From the NCBI GenBank assembly GCA_964355975.1, contig CAYHFW010000007.1, positions 27,165 to 91,164 on the forward strand: 64,000 bases of DNA, read 5' to 3'. This DNA comes from an uncultured Singulisphaera sp. Lineage in GTDB: Bacteria; Planctomycetota; Phycisphaerae; Phycisphaerales; SM1A02. How positions within the stretch are numbered: position 1 is the first letter of the stretch; every line of letters starts with the position of its first letter. This document shows positions 55,660 through 64,000 of this stretch, in pieces. The notes under the pieces are model-generated. The model did no database searches and was not told the DNA's origin. It was given only the letters and a program-made list of their open reading frames with translations. The position numbers and the translations under genes were made by a program.

Positions 55660-57210
55660 ATGAGCGACGACCTCGAACCCATCGCTTCAGTCGCGACGAT
55701 CGAGTTGCCGGGGCAAGTGCGACCGGACTCTTGGCGAGAGTTTGAGTTTGACGAATCGGGCACGACGCTCGTCGTTCGGTACTGGGTTGACACCCGAACA
55801 CTTCCGTGGCTGGCCGATCACAGCGTGGATGTTGCACTGGTGCTTGAGATTGTTCTCGTGATGCTGCTCGTCTGGCTCACCCGCCGAGAACTTCGCAGGC
55901 CGCGCACAGTCGGCCGAACGCACTGTCGGCGATGCGGGTACGACCTCACTCCTCCAGCCGGCGCGAGCGTGAGCCCAGTTTGTCCTGAGTGTGGACGCCA
56001 CACCCAAGGAAGAGTGGTCGAAGGACGAGCGCTTCGTCCGTGGCACTTTGGTCCACCAACAATCTGCTTGGGGATTGCGATTTTTTTTGCCCCCATGTGC
56101 TACAGCGGGCTTTCATCGACGCAGACTGCAGCCGCGCCGACGACGTGGCCCATTGCGTCAATCGAAACGAACCTGCCATGGTGGCCACTTTGGCGCAGTG
56201 CGGGCCGACCGTTGTGGAAGTACGAAAGTGCCGTGTATTCACTCAGTGCGGATGGGCAATTGCAGGGCAGTTCATGGGACGTTTCGCTCGGCACAGAGTC
56301 GCGCATCAGTGGTGATGGGTCGCAGATTGTTGCGCTTGAGTTCACCCAAGAGAGTGAATGGACCCACCGCGCGTTGATTCATGATTGTGATGCGCGCACC
56401 AGTCGCACGATTGACTTCGGAACAAACGCTGACGGGTTCTTTCAACTTGCTTCGCTTGCGAAGGACGGCCGTTCTGCGCTCATTATTCAGACAACCTTGA
56501 CTGGGACAGCCGGGGAAAGCGAAACGAGGCTTCTGCAACTTGATCTTGCCACAGGCGTGCTGACGCAAGTCGCTTCGACAAGTGTTCCGTCGGCGGATGG
56601 ACGAGGTGGATCGTCGGGGTACTCGACGCCTGACATGTCAGCATGCGTCGATGGATCCGCAGCAATTTCTTGGGCACTTGTTGCGCACGACATGCAGCTC
56701 GCGGGATCCGATACAGCAACTACTAGAAGGGGCTCGCTGCTGATTGTCGGCACAGCGGATGGCGAACGGCGGCTTGAGTTGCCCCGCGGACGCGGCAAGT
56801 TGTGGGAGCGAGGCACTTGCGAGATTGTTGATGACTTCACTGTGGTCATCAATGACTCGGTGATCGTCGACATCCGGACTGGCGCATGCACGAGCAAGCC
56901 CTATGCGAGTTTCAACTTCTTGCAGACCGAAGACCCCAACATTATTCGGCTGGTGGAGAACGAAGTGCGGGTGATACCCACCTACGAAAAGACTGGTAGC
57001 ACATCGATTCGCGAGCGCGGCACGCTTGCGAAGCTCGACTTGCGCCCTCTGTCGAGCGCGACAGCGACCGCCGTTCCGCCGGGGAGTGCCGGCCGTGCAT
57101 TCAGTCCACGCAGCGGGCTCTGCGCAGTCGAATGCGCGCATGCCTCGTCGGACGCGAGTTGGACTTTCAAAGTCTGGCGGGTGAATCCGAAGCGATCGGA
57201 TGGCAAGTAG
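55660..57210 (+). CDS. Hypothetical membrane protein with zinc-ribbon (CxxC...CxxC) between two TM helices
   Basis: CRRCGYDLTPPAGASVSPVCPECG flanked by hydrophobic helices. Large C-terminal domain of unknown fold. Confidence 0.5.
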   Translation: MSDDLEPIASVATIELPGQVRPDSWREFEFDESGTTLVVRYWVDTRTLPWLADHSVDVALVLEIVLVMLLVWLTRRELRRPRTVGRTHCRRCGYDLTPPAGASVSPVCPECGRHTQGRVVEGRALRPWHFGPPTICLGIAIFFAPMCYSGLSSTQTAAAPTTWPIASIETNLPWWPLWRSAGRPLWKYESAVYSLSADGQLQGSSWDVSLGTESRISGDGSQIVALEFTQESEWTHRALIHDCDARTSRTIDFGTNADGFFQLASLAKDGRSALIIQTTLTGTAGESETRLLQLDLATGVLTQVASTSVPSADGRGGSSGYSTPDMSACVDGSAAISWALVAHDMQLAGSDTATTRRGSLLIVGTADGERRLELPRGRGKLWERGTCEIVDDFTVVINDSVIVDIRTGACTSKPYASFNFLQTEDPNIIRLVENEVRVIPTYEKTGSTSIRERGTLAKLDLRPLSSATATAVPPGSAGRAFSPRSGLCAVECAHASSDASWTFKVWRVNPKRSDGK

Positions 57211-57757
57211 TCTTGCCCCTCCTATGCTCGAACACATCTGGCCGACACTTTCGACTCAACTGCGCGACGAACTCATCACCCAGTGCGTGAAGCATCTCAA
57301 GAGCGCGCCCGATGAGTCTGACGCATTCGCGCAGCTTGTTGCAGATATCACCAAGTCGCGGGCACAGACCATCAAGTCGCAGTGGCGCCTTGCCAACATC
57401 TACGGCACCAAACTTGCGATTGCGCGTGAGCCTCAGCGAGCAGCACCATTTTTCGCGGCAACATTCATGTCAGCGCGCAAAGATGAAGTTGCCGCGCTCT
57501 ACAACGCACTCGGCGCTGCGCACAAAGACCTCGCCGTCGAAGATTCGTCGGCGGTCACTTCGCCACCGACTCAAGCGCAGTTTGCAGCCGTGCTCGAGAA
57601 AGGACTCGATGGCGTCGCCCCTGCAATCGTGCAGTGCATGATTGCGGTGATCGCTGATGCGGGCATCGACACGTGGCAGAGTCCCGCTCGCAAGGCGCTC
57701 GAGGTGCATCTTGCTGCAGCGCCGTCGGCGAAGTCAGTCGGGCTTGCGAAGAGCTGA
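57200..57757 (+). CDS. Hypothetical protein (start ambiguous: 57200 or 57224)
   Basis: 185-aa ORF, helical and Ala-rich. Its stop overlaps the ABC-F start (TGATG). Confidence 0.4.
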   Translation: MASSLAPPMLEHIWPTLSTQLRDELITQCVKHLKSAPDESDAFAQLVADITKSRAQTIKSQWRLANIYGTKLAIAREPQRAAPFFAATFMSARKDEVAALYNALGAAHKDLAVEDSSAVTSPPTQAQFAAVLEKGLDGVAPAIVQCMIAVIADAGIDTWQSPARKALEVHLAAAPSAKSVGLAKS

Positions 57758-59667
57758 TGCTGCTCAGCGCGAGTGACCTTTCGAAGTCGCATGGACTGCG
57801 CGAACTCTTTCGCGGTGTATCGATCAGCGTTGCCGATGGCGACCGCGTCGGGTTCATCGGTCCAAATGGATCTGGAAAGAGCACGATGCTGCGAATGCTC
57901 GCGGGCGTTGAAGAGCCCGACGATGGACTCGTTCGCACGCAACGCGGTGCGGTGATTGTCTATGTGCCGCAGCGCGATGATTTTGCTGACGGCGCCACCC
58001 CGCGCTCGGTGGCAACGGCGGCGGCGATGTCAGCAGCCTCGGTGCACGGCGATGCGCATGAAGCCGAAGTGCTCGGCGGGATGATCTTGGGCAAGTTGGG
58101 ATTCGCAGAGTCGCGCATGGACGATGCCGTCGAACTGCTCTCAGGCGGATGGAAGAAACGCCTCTCGATTGCGCGCGGACTTTGCGAAGCGGGCGGTCAG
58201 CCAGACCTGCTGCTTCTCGACGAGCCGACGAATCATCTCGATGTTGAAGGGATCCGCTGGCTCGAACAGTTTCTCGCGCGGCCATCGAATGACATTCGCG
58301 CTGGCGCATGCGTCTTCATCACACACGACCGCGCATTTCTTGAACGCGTCGCGACGCGCGTTGTCGAGTTGAGTCGCGCGTATCCGCAAGGCACGCTCAC
58401 TGCCGAAGGCAACTACACCGAGTTTCTGCGCCGACGCGCAGAGTTTCTCGAATCGCAGGCGCGTGCCGAAAGCGCGCTCGCCAATGAAGTGCGAATCGAC
58501 AATGTGTGGCTCGGACGGGGCGCACAAGCGCGACGCACGAAGGCGAAGGGACGCATCGAAGACAGCGCAGAGAGGCGCGAAGAACTCGAGTCGATCAGCG
58601 AACGCAACGCCGCCGCAAGCGCTGGCGGCGCGCGCGTCGATTTCACAGCGAGTGGACGGCGCACGCGCAAACTCGTGCACGCCGAGGGCATCTCGAAAGG
58701 CTTTGCAGATGAGCGCGGAGTCGTGCGCACACTCTTTCGCGCGCTCGATCTCGAACTCACCCCTGGCGATCGCGTTGGATTGATGGGTCCAAATGGATCG
58801 GGCAAGACGACGCTGCTGCGCATTCTCTGCGGCGACCTCGCCCCCGATGCTGGCAGTGTGCGATTCGCAGATCCGATGCCGCGCATCGTTGTATTGCGCC
58901 AACAGAGAGCAGATATTCCAGAGAGCACGCTCTTGCGCGATGCGATCTGTCCACTTGGTGATGTTGTTGATTTTCAAGGTGGGCAGATGCACATCACCGC
59001 GTGGGCCCGCAGATTTCTTTTCAAGGATGCGCAGTTACTGCAAACGGTCGGCAATCTTTCGGGCGGCGAGCGCGCGCGTGCACATCTCGCGCGCATGATG
59101 CTCGAGCCCGCCGACATTCTCGTGCTCGACGAGCCAACGAACGACCTTGATATTCCGACACTCGAAGTGCTTGAAGAGTCGGTCGAGTCGTTTCCGGGAG
59201 CGGTGCTGCTCGTGACACACGATCGCACGATGCTCGGGCGCCTCGCAAAGAAGGTTGTTGTGATTGGTGCGCCCGATGCGTCGGTCTCGGTTGTCGCAAG
59301 CCTCGATCAAGCGCTGGGTGCACTCGAACGCGCCGAGCGCGCAACGCAAGAGCGCGACCGCTCGGCCGAACGCGCAGCGCGTGCGGGAGATACTGCCTCG
59401 CAAGAGGCGCGAGCGAACGCGGCAACTGCGCCGGCGACGACACGCAAGCGACTCAACTTCAAGGAGCAGCGCGAACTCGACGGCATTGAGGCGGCTGTGC
59501 ATGCGGCTGAGAGCGCATCGCACATCGCAGAAGCGCGGGTGAGCGATCCTGTTATTGCGGCCGATCACGTCAAGATGGCTGCAGCCTGCAAAGCACTCGA
59601 TGCAGCGCACGCAAAGGTCGCGACGCTCTACGCGCGCTGGCAAGAACTCGAGAGCAAGCGCGGGTGA
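57757..59667 (+). CDS. uup: ABC-F family ATPase, Uup-like (two ABC cassettes plus C-terminal coiled coil)
   Basis: Two Walker A motifs (GPNGSGKSTMLRML and GPNGSGKTTLLRIL), two signatures (LSGGWKKR and LSGGERAR), no TM domain. C-terminal RKRLNFKEQRELDGIEAAV...LYARWQELE. Confidence 0.85.
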   Translation: MLLSASDLSKSHGLRELFRGVSISVADGDRVGFIGPNGSGKSTMLRMLAGVEEPDDGLVRTQRGAVIVYVPQRDDFADGATPRSVATAAAMSAASVHGDAHEAEVLGGMILGKLGFAESRMDDAVELLSGGWKKRLSIARGLCEAGGQPDLLLLDEPTNHLDVEGIRWLEQFLARPSNDIRAGACVFITHDRAFLERVATRVVELSRAYPQGTLTAEGNYTEFLRRRAEFLESQARAESALANEVRIDNVWLGRGAQARRTKAKGRIEDSAERREELESISERNAAASAGGARVDFTASGRRTRKLVHAEGISKGFADERGVVRTLFRALDLELTPGDRVGLMGPNGSGKTTLLRILCGDLAPDAGSVRFADPMPRIVVLRQQRADIPESTLLRDAICPLGDVVDFQGGQMHITAWARRFLFKDAQLLQTVGNLSGGERARAHLARMMLEPADILVLDEPTNDLDIPTLEVLEESVESFPGAVLLVTHDRTMLGRLAKKVVVIGAPDASVSVVASLDQALGALERAERATQERDRSAERAARAGDTASQEARANAATAPATTRKRLNFKEQRELDGIEAAVHAAESASHIAEARVSDPVIAADHVKMAAACKALDAAHAKVATLYARWQELESKRG

Positions 59668-59732
59668 GGGCGGGGTTGGGTGGTGGCAGATCCGCCGCGA
59701 TGCGCCAATTGGTTGTCGAGTACGGTGCTCGC

Positions 59733-61154
59733 ATGTCTGACGCGCCCGACATGCCCGTGATCGTCAACGACATCCATTCGGGGCTGAACGAAACAACTGT
59801 TCGCGACGTGATGCGCCCTTCGACGGTGGGCGAAGTCTGTGAGATCGTTCGGCAATGCGCCGCGCAGGGGCGTTCGCTCTCGATCTGTGGATCGCGCCAC
59901 GCGATGGGAGCGCAGCAGTTTCTTGCGGGCGAAACGCTCGTTGACATGCGATCGCTCGATCGCGTGCTCGCATTCGACGGCGAGCGCGGGCTCGTCACCG
60001 CAGAGGCCGGCATTGAGTGGCCCGCGCTCATCGATGGATATCTCGCGCTGCAGCGCGAGCGCGATCCATTCAACGAGCCACGGTGGGGAATCGCGCAGAA
60101 ACAAACTGGCGCAGACACGCTCACACTTGGCGGCGCACTCTCTGCCAACGCGCATGGGCGCGGCCTCACCATGCCTCCGATCGTGCATGATGTCGAGTCG
60201 TTCACCCTCGTGAATGCGCGCGGCGAACTTGTTGCGTGCAGCCGCACTGACAACGCAGAACTCTTCGCGCTCGCCATCGGCGGCTATGGACTCTTCGGCG
60301 TCATCGTCACGGTAACACTTCGCCTCTGCCCGCGCGTGCCAGTGCGCCGCGTCGTGCGGCTCATCGATATCGACGATGCGGTCAACGCCGCGCGCCGGCG
60401 CATCGACGCGGGATTCATCTACGGCGACTTTCAGTTCGATGTCGATCCTGCATCGCCTGGCTTTCTGACAAAGGGCGTCTTCTCGTGCTACGAGCCTGCG
60501 CCCGATGCAATCCCCCCCGCTGCACCGACACGCGAACTCTCGGCCGACAACTGGGAAGAGTTGCTCTTGCTCGCCCACACCGACAAGGCGCGTGCCTTTG
60601 GTCTGTACGCGCAGCACTACATCGCAACGGATGGCCAACTCTATTGGTCTGACACTCATCAACTCGGCATCTACCTCGCGGGATACCACGAGCGCATCGA
60701 TGCGCAACTCGCATCCCCCTGTCGATGCAGCGAAATGATCTCAGAGGTATATGTGCCGCACGACCGCCTCGTCGACTTTCTGCATGAGGCCGCGCGCATG
60801 CTCGCGACGCGCGGCGCCGAAGTGATTTACGGGACGATTCGTCTGATCCGCCAAGACACCGAGACCTTCTTGCCCTGGGCGCAACACGATCAAGCGTGCG
60901 TCATTTTCAATTTGCATGTTGCACACACGCCGAGCGGGCTCGTGCACGCAAGCGCAAGTTTTCAAGCGCTCTTCGACCTCGCACTCGATCGTGGGGGACG
61001 CTTCTTCTTGACTTATCACCGGTGGGCGCGGCGAGATCAACTCTTGCGCGGCTATCCGCAACTTCCCGCATTCCTCGCGCGCAAAGATTTCTTTGACCCC
61101 AATCATCTCTTCTCGAGCGATTGGCACCGATGGTTGCGCGAGATCGTGGGGTGA
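59733..61154 (+). CDS. FAD-binding (PCMH-type) oxidoreductase
   Basis: VRDVMRPSTVGEVCEIVRQCAAQGRSLSICGSRHAMGAQQF...LVDMRSLDRVLAFDGERGLVTAEAGIEW. Alternative starts at 59664 and 59700. Confidence 0.75.
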   Translation: MSDAPDMPVIVNDIHSGLNETTVRDVMRPSTVGEVCEIVRQCAAQGRSLSICGSRHAMGAQQFLAGETLVDMRSLDRVLAFDGERGLVTAEAGIEWPALIDGYLALQRERDPFNEPRWGIAQKQTGADTLTLGGALSANAHGRGLTMPPIVHDVESFTLVNARGELVACSRTDNAELFALAIGGYGLFGVIVTVTLRLCPRVPVRRVVRLIDIDDAVNAARRRIDAGFIYGDFQFDVDPASPGFLTKGVFSCYEPAPDAIPPAAPTRELSADNWEELLLLAHTDKARAFGLYAQHYIATDGQLYWSDTHQLGIYLAGYHERIDAQLASPCRCSEMISEVYVPHDRLVDFLHEAARMLATRGAEVIYGTIRLIRQDTETFLPWAQHDQACVIFNLHVAHTPSGLVHASASFQALFDLALDRGGRFFLTYHRWARRDQLLRGYPQLPAFLARKDFFDPNHLFSSDWHRWLREIVG

Positions 61155-61199
61155 CTGTTGTTTCGCGAACGATCGCGAGTGCGGCTCGCCGCGCTCGGG

Positions 61200-62873
61200 T
61201 CACGCGTCGATCACGTTGGGCACAAACCGAAACGCGCGCGCATCGAAGAGTCCACGGTCGCTGAGCTTGAGCGCTGGAATCACCAAGAGCGCCATGAACG
61301 AGAGCGTCATGAACGGGGCGCGCAGCGTTGACCCGAGTTCGTGCGCACGCGCGGTGAGTGCCTCATACGCGGCGGCGACCTCTTCGGCGGGACGGTCGCT
61401 CATCAATCCTGCGATGGGGAGCGGTAGCAGTTCGACGCGCGCGTCGTTTGCACTCCCACCTGAGCCACGACTGACGACCGCCAATCCGCCTCGCGCTTCG
61501 AACACCGCATTCACCGCACGGGCGATCGCTTCGCGGCTCGCTCCAACCGCGATCACTTGATGCGAATCATGCGCGACGCTCGTGGCGATCGCGCCAGAGC
61601 GAAGGCCGATTCCGCGGATGAACGCGATGGCAGGAACCGCTTCAACATATCGATTGCAGACTGCAAGCAAGAGTGTGTCGCTCGCTGCGTCGGGCTCGAG
61701 AATTCCATCGGTCGGTGTGATCTGGGCGATCACTTCGCCCGTGATGAGTTGTCCATCGTGCGCTTCGATCGCGCGCACGCTCTGCGGCGCAGAGCCCACC
61801 CCCGCTTTCACCGCAAAGTTATTCGCGCAGTGGTGTGCGGCGCGAAAGTGATTGGGCGTCGAGGCAGCGACATGCGCTTCGAGCGACTTGCCGGCGCGCG
61901 CGACAACTTTGCCTGCGATCCATGTTTCGCGCACCCCAAACTCAGTGAGATCGTCCACCACAATGAAGTCTGCGCGGTCGCCGGCGCGAAGGAGTCCTGT
62001 GGGCAACTTGTAATGCTCTACAGGATGCACACACGCGGCGCGCAGCACATCGAAGAGTTCAAGTCCATGTGCGATGCAGCGCGCGACGATTCGGTTGATG
62101 TGCCCGCGCAGCAGATCATCTGGATGAGCGTCGTCGGTCGAGAACATCGACAACTGCGGATACTCGCGCACAATCGGCCAAAGTGCTTCGAGATTGCGCG
62201 CGGCGCTGCCTTCGCGCAGCAAGATGTGCATACCGAGCCGAGCCTTCTCGCGCGCTTCGTCGAGCGTGAAGCACTCATGATCCGTCGAGATTCCCGCTGC
62301 GATGTACTCGGCTGCATCTTCGCCACGAAGTCCTGGCGCGTGACCATCGACGGGCTTGCCTGCGCGCTTTGCTGCGGCGATCTTCGCGATGACTTCGCTT
62401 TCGCCCGCAAGCACACCTGGCCAGTTCATCATCTCTGAGAGGTATCCCAACCGAGGGTCTGCGAGCAGTCGCGCAACGGCAACGGCGTCGAGCGCACCAC
62501 CAGCGGTTTCAAAGGCAGTGGCTGGCACGCAACTCGGCACGCCAAACGCTATTGGCATGCACGCACGCGCCCCCTCTTCGAGCATGTACTCGACCCCCGC
62601 CTCGCCGAGCACATTTGCAATCTCATGCGGATCGCTCACCGTCGCGACCGTTCCATGTCGCACAGCGACGCGTGCGAATTCGCGCGGTGGAAGCATGCTG
62701 CTCTCGACGTGCACATGCGCGTCGATGAATCCTGGCATGAGGAATCCTGCCGACACCGACGCATCGTGCGCAAGCTCTTCGACACTGATGATGCGATCGC
62801 CTTCGACGATCACCTGCGCGGGATAGATGCGCCGCGCATGAAGGTCGACAAGTTGATGGCGCAGTGTTGTCAC
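61200..62873 (-). CDS. ade: Adenine deaminase
   Basis: LMPGFIDAHVHVESSMLPPREFARVAVRHGTVATVSDPHEIANVLG and the rest of the amidohydrolase fold; 557 aa. Confidence 0.9.
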   Translation of the reverse strand: MTTLRHQLVDLHARRIYPAQVIVEGDRIISVEELAHDASVSAGFLMPGFIDAHVHVESSMLPPREFARVAVRHGTVATVSDPHEIANVLGEAGVEYMLEEGARACMPIAFGVPSCVPATAFETAGGALDAVAVARLLADPRLGYLSEMMNWPGVLAGESEVIAKIAAAKRAGKPVDGHAPGLRGEDAAEYIAAGISTDHECFTLDEAREKARLGMHILLREGSAARNLEALWPIVREYPQLSMFSTDDAHPDDLLRGHINRIVARCIAHGLELFDVLRAACVHPVEHYKLPTGLLRAGDRADFIVVDDLTEFGVRETWIAGKVVARAGKSLEAHVAASTPNHFRAAHHCANNFAVKAGVGSAPQSVRAIEAHDGQLITGEVIAQITPTDGILEPDAASDTLLLAVCNRYVEAVPAIAFIRGIGLRSGAIATSVAHDSHQVIAVGASREAIARAVNAVFEARGGLAVVSRGSGGSANDARVELLPLPIAGLMSDRPAEEVAAAYEALTARAHELGSTLRAPFMTLSFMALLVIPALKLSDRGLFDARAFRFVPNVIDA

Positions 62874-62931
62874 AGTTCAAGAGGCTAGAGGCAGGATCGC
62901 GCCGCCGTGTGCGATGCGCAAGGCGGGTCGA

Positions 62932-63177
62932 TCACTCCTTGGTCTTGAGTTGCGCGTCGTTGGCCTGCAGAAACGCTTGAATCTCGGCGGACATTCCGAG
63001 CAACTTCGTCCACTGCTCTTTGTAGAGCGTCACGGGAAACCGGCCGAGTCCGTAGACCGAGAGTCCCCCTTTGTCGCTGACCTTCATTGAGAGCACTCCG
63101 CGTGCGGGGCGTGCTTTGAGCGCTGCGTTTTCGTTGCGCAGGCGCTCGAGTTCGAGTTTCATTGCTTCTTCTGACAT
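62932..63177 (-). CDS. Small conserved hypothetical protein (coiled-coil N-terminus)
   Basis: MSEEAMKLELERLRNENAALKA...KVSDKGGLSVYGLGRFPVTLYKEQWTKLL. Start chosen at 63177. Confidence 0.5.
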   Translation of the reverse strand: MSEEAMKLELERLRNENAALKARPARGVLSMKVSDKGGLSVYGLGRFPVTLYKEQWTKLLGMSAEIQAFLQANDAQLKTKE

Positions 63178-63319
63178 CGTGTGCTCCTCGGTGCGGTGAT
63201 GGTGCGAATCTTCGACCAAGCGATCCTATCGAGCGCACGGCAGGCATCAGCAGACTGGGCTGTTTTTCTGTGCGTGATCACTTGGGCGGCGCTCTCGGCG
63301 CAGTACGCGCCACCGAGCA

Positions 63320-64000
63320 TCACGGCGCTGGCGGCTGCATCGAGTCTTCCACCGCGCGGCGCACTTGCGCAGCCAAGTCGCGCATGAGGTTCGACAGAAC
63401 GATCCAGAATGCAGCGTGGTCGACGGATTGCACGACGATGGCCGCGGGAAGAAACCTGCGCATCTCTTGCCGAAAGTCGAGCGCGACTCTCGAGTCGCCC
63501 GCAAGGAGTGCGCACCGTTCATCAAAGAGGCCCACAAACTTCTGCGGTTCACAATTGTGATCGTTGACCTTTCGGGCGAGTAGGCCGATGCGTGGCTGAA
63601 CACTCTGTTGCTGAAGCCACGCGATATCCCAGAGATCGCGATTCTTGATCCGATTGGGACGCAGCGCGAACGCGATGAGCTTGTCGACGAAAATCTCTTC
63701 GCGGCTCTGCGCCTGAATGAAGAGTCCGCTCGTGCCCATCTCGACGCCGTATGGATTCAGAACCATCATCGGCTGCACGTCGTAACTTCGAATCTTGCAG
63801 ATGTCGATGTTGATTCGTTGCGGAGGCAAGTCCTTGCGCCCTGCGTTCGTCTGCACTCTGAGTTTCCATGTGTCGACATTGCCGACTTCGCGTACCGGAG
63901 CTGTCACCGTCACAGCGAGCCCATACTTCGCGAGCAGACCTTCAACCAGCGTGCGAGATACTGCGGCCAAACTCTCCCGCTGAAAGTCACCACCTCCAGT
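63320..64000 (-). CDS. AbiEii/AbiGii-like nucleotidyltransferase toxin family protein, partial (5' end beyond the window)
   Basis: The frame stays open upstream of the listed TTG to position 64000. C-terminal block SREEIFVDKLIAFALRPNRIKNRDLWDIAWL matches the EE..AEKL.A...R....RDLYD pattern of AbiEii (DUF1814). Confidence 0.55.
   Translation of the reverse strand, partial: TGGGDFQRESLAAVSRTLVEGLLAKYGLAVTVTAPVREVGNVDTWKLRVQTNAGRKDLPPQRINIDICKIRSYDVQPMMVLNPYGVEMGTSGLFIQAQSREEIFVDKLIAFALRPNRIKNRDLWDIAWLQQQSVQPRIGLLARKVNDHNCEPQKFVGLFDERCALLAGDSRVALDFRQEMRRFLPAAIVVQSVDHAAFWIVLSNLMRDLAAQVRRAVEDSMQPPAP

Noticed and set aside
62874-62931. Purine riboswitch upstream of adenine deaminase
   Set aside because: The 58-nt gap shows none of the conserved purine-riboswitch junction sequences or a three-way junction.

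Overview
High-GC bacterial chromosomal window, densely coding on both strands. Many long antisense ORFs in the track are compositional artefacts. Gene content suggests a member of the PVC superphylum, most likely Planctomycetota or Phycisphaerae-like; this is inference only. The supporting genes are six prepilin-type N-terminal-helix proteins (a tandem pair plus four translationally coupled paralogues, two with a literal H-X9-DG), a PEP-CTERM protein, two convergent ~1000-aa beta-helix/Pmp-repeat proteins with dockerin-like C-termini, and an ECF sigma factor next to a Ser/Thr kinase. Housekeeping genes: argS-upp, PduO-type adenosyltransferase, Ntn-asparaginase, groES-groEL, asnS, nagZ, a uup-like ABC-F, adenine deaminase and an initiator tRNA-Met. 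A metal-homeostasis block holds a lipoprotein-DUF2892-P1B-4 ATPase-M28 peptidase operon. It converges on an SBP-ATPase-permease-permease importer operon whose last permease is fused to a DtxR-like repressor (YtgC-YtgR-like), with a divergent mntR. Accessory and decayed material: (1) a type I R-M operon whose hsdM is 5'-truncated and abuts an SNF2-helicase tail relic; (2) the initiator tRNA followed by a 4 x 36-bp hairpin tandem array and a patchy island (GNAT, broken nucleotidyltransferase pair, lipoprotein coupled to a class II Fic gene with repeated palindromic operator-like sites); (3) higBA with a near-consensus promoter and leaderless geometry; (4) an orphan kinase-N-terminus-like ORF behind the ECF sigma gene; (5) a frameshifted histidine kinase plus a second kinase remnant; (6) an AbiEii-like gene at the right edge. 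I recognised no rRNA, CRISPR array, transposase or integrase. All calls rest on reading the ORF translations and the DNA by eye; no searches were run.
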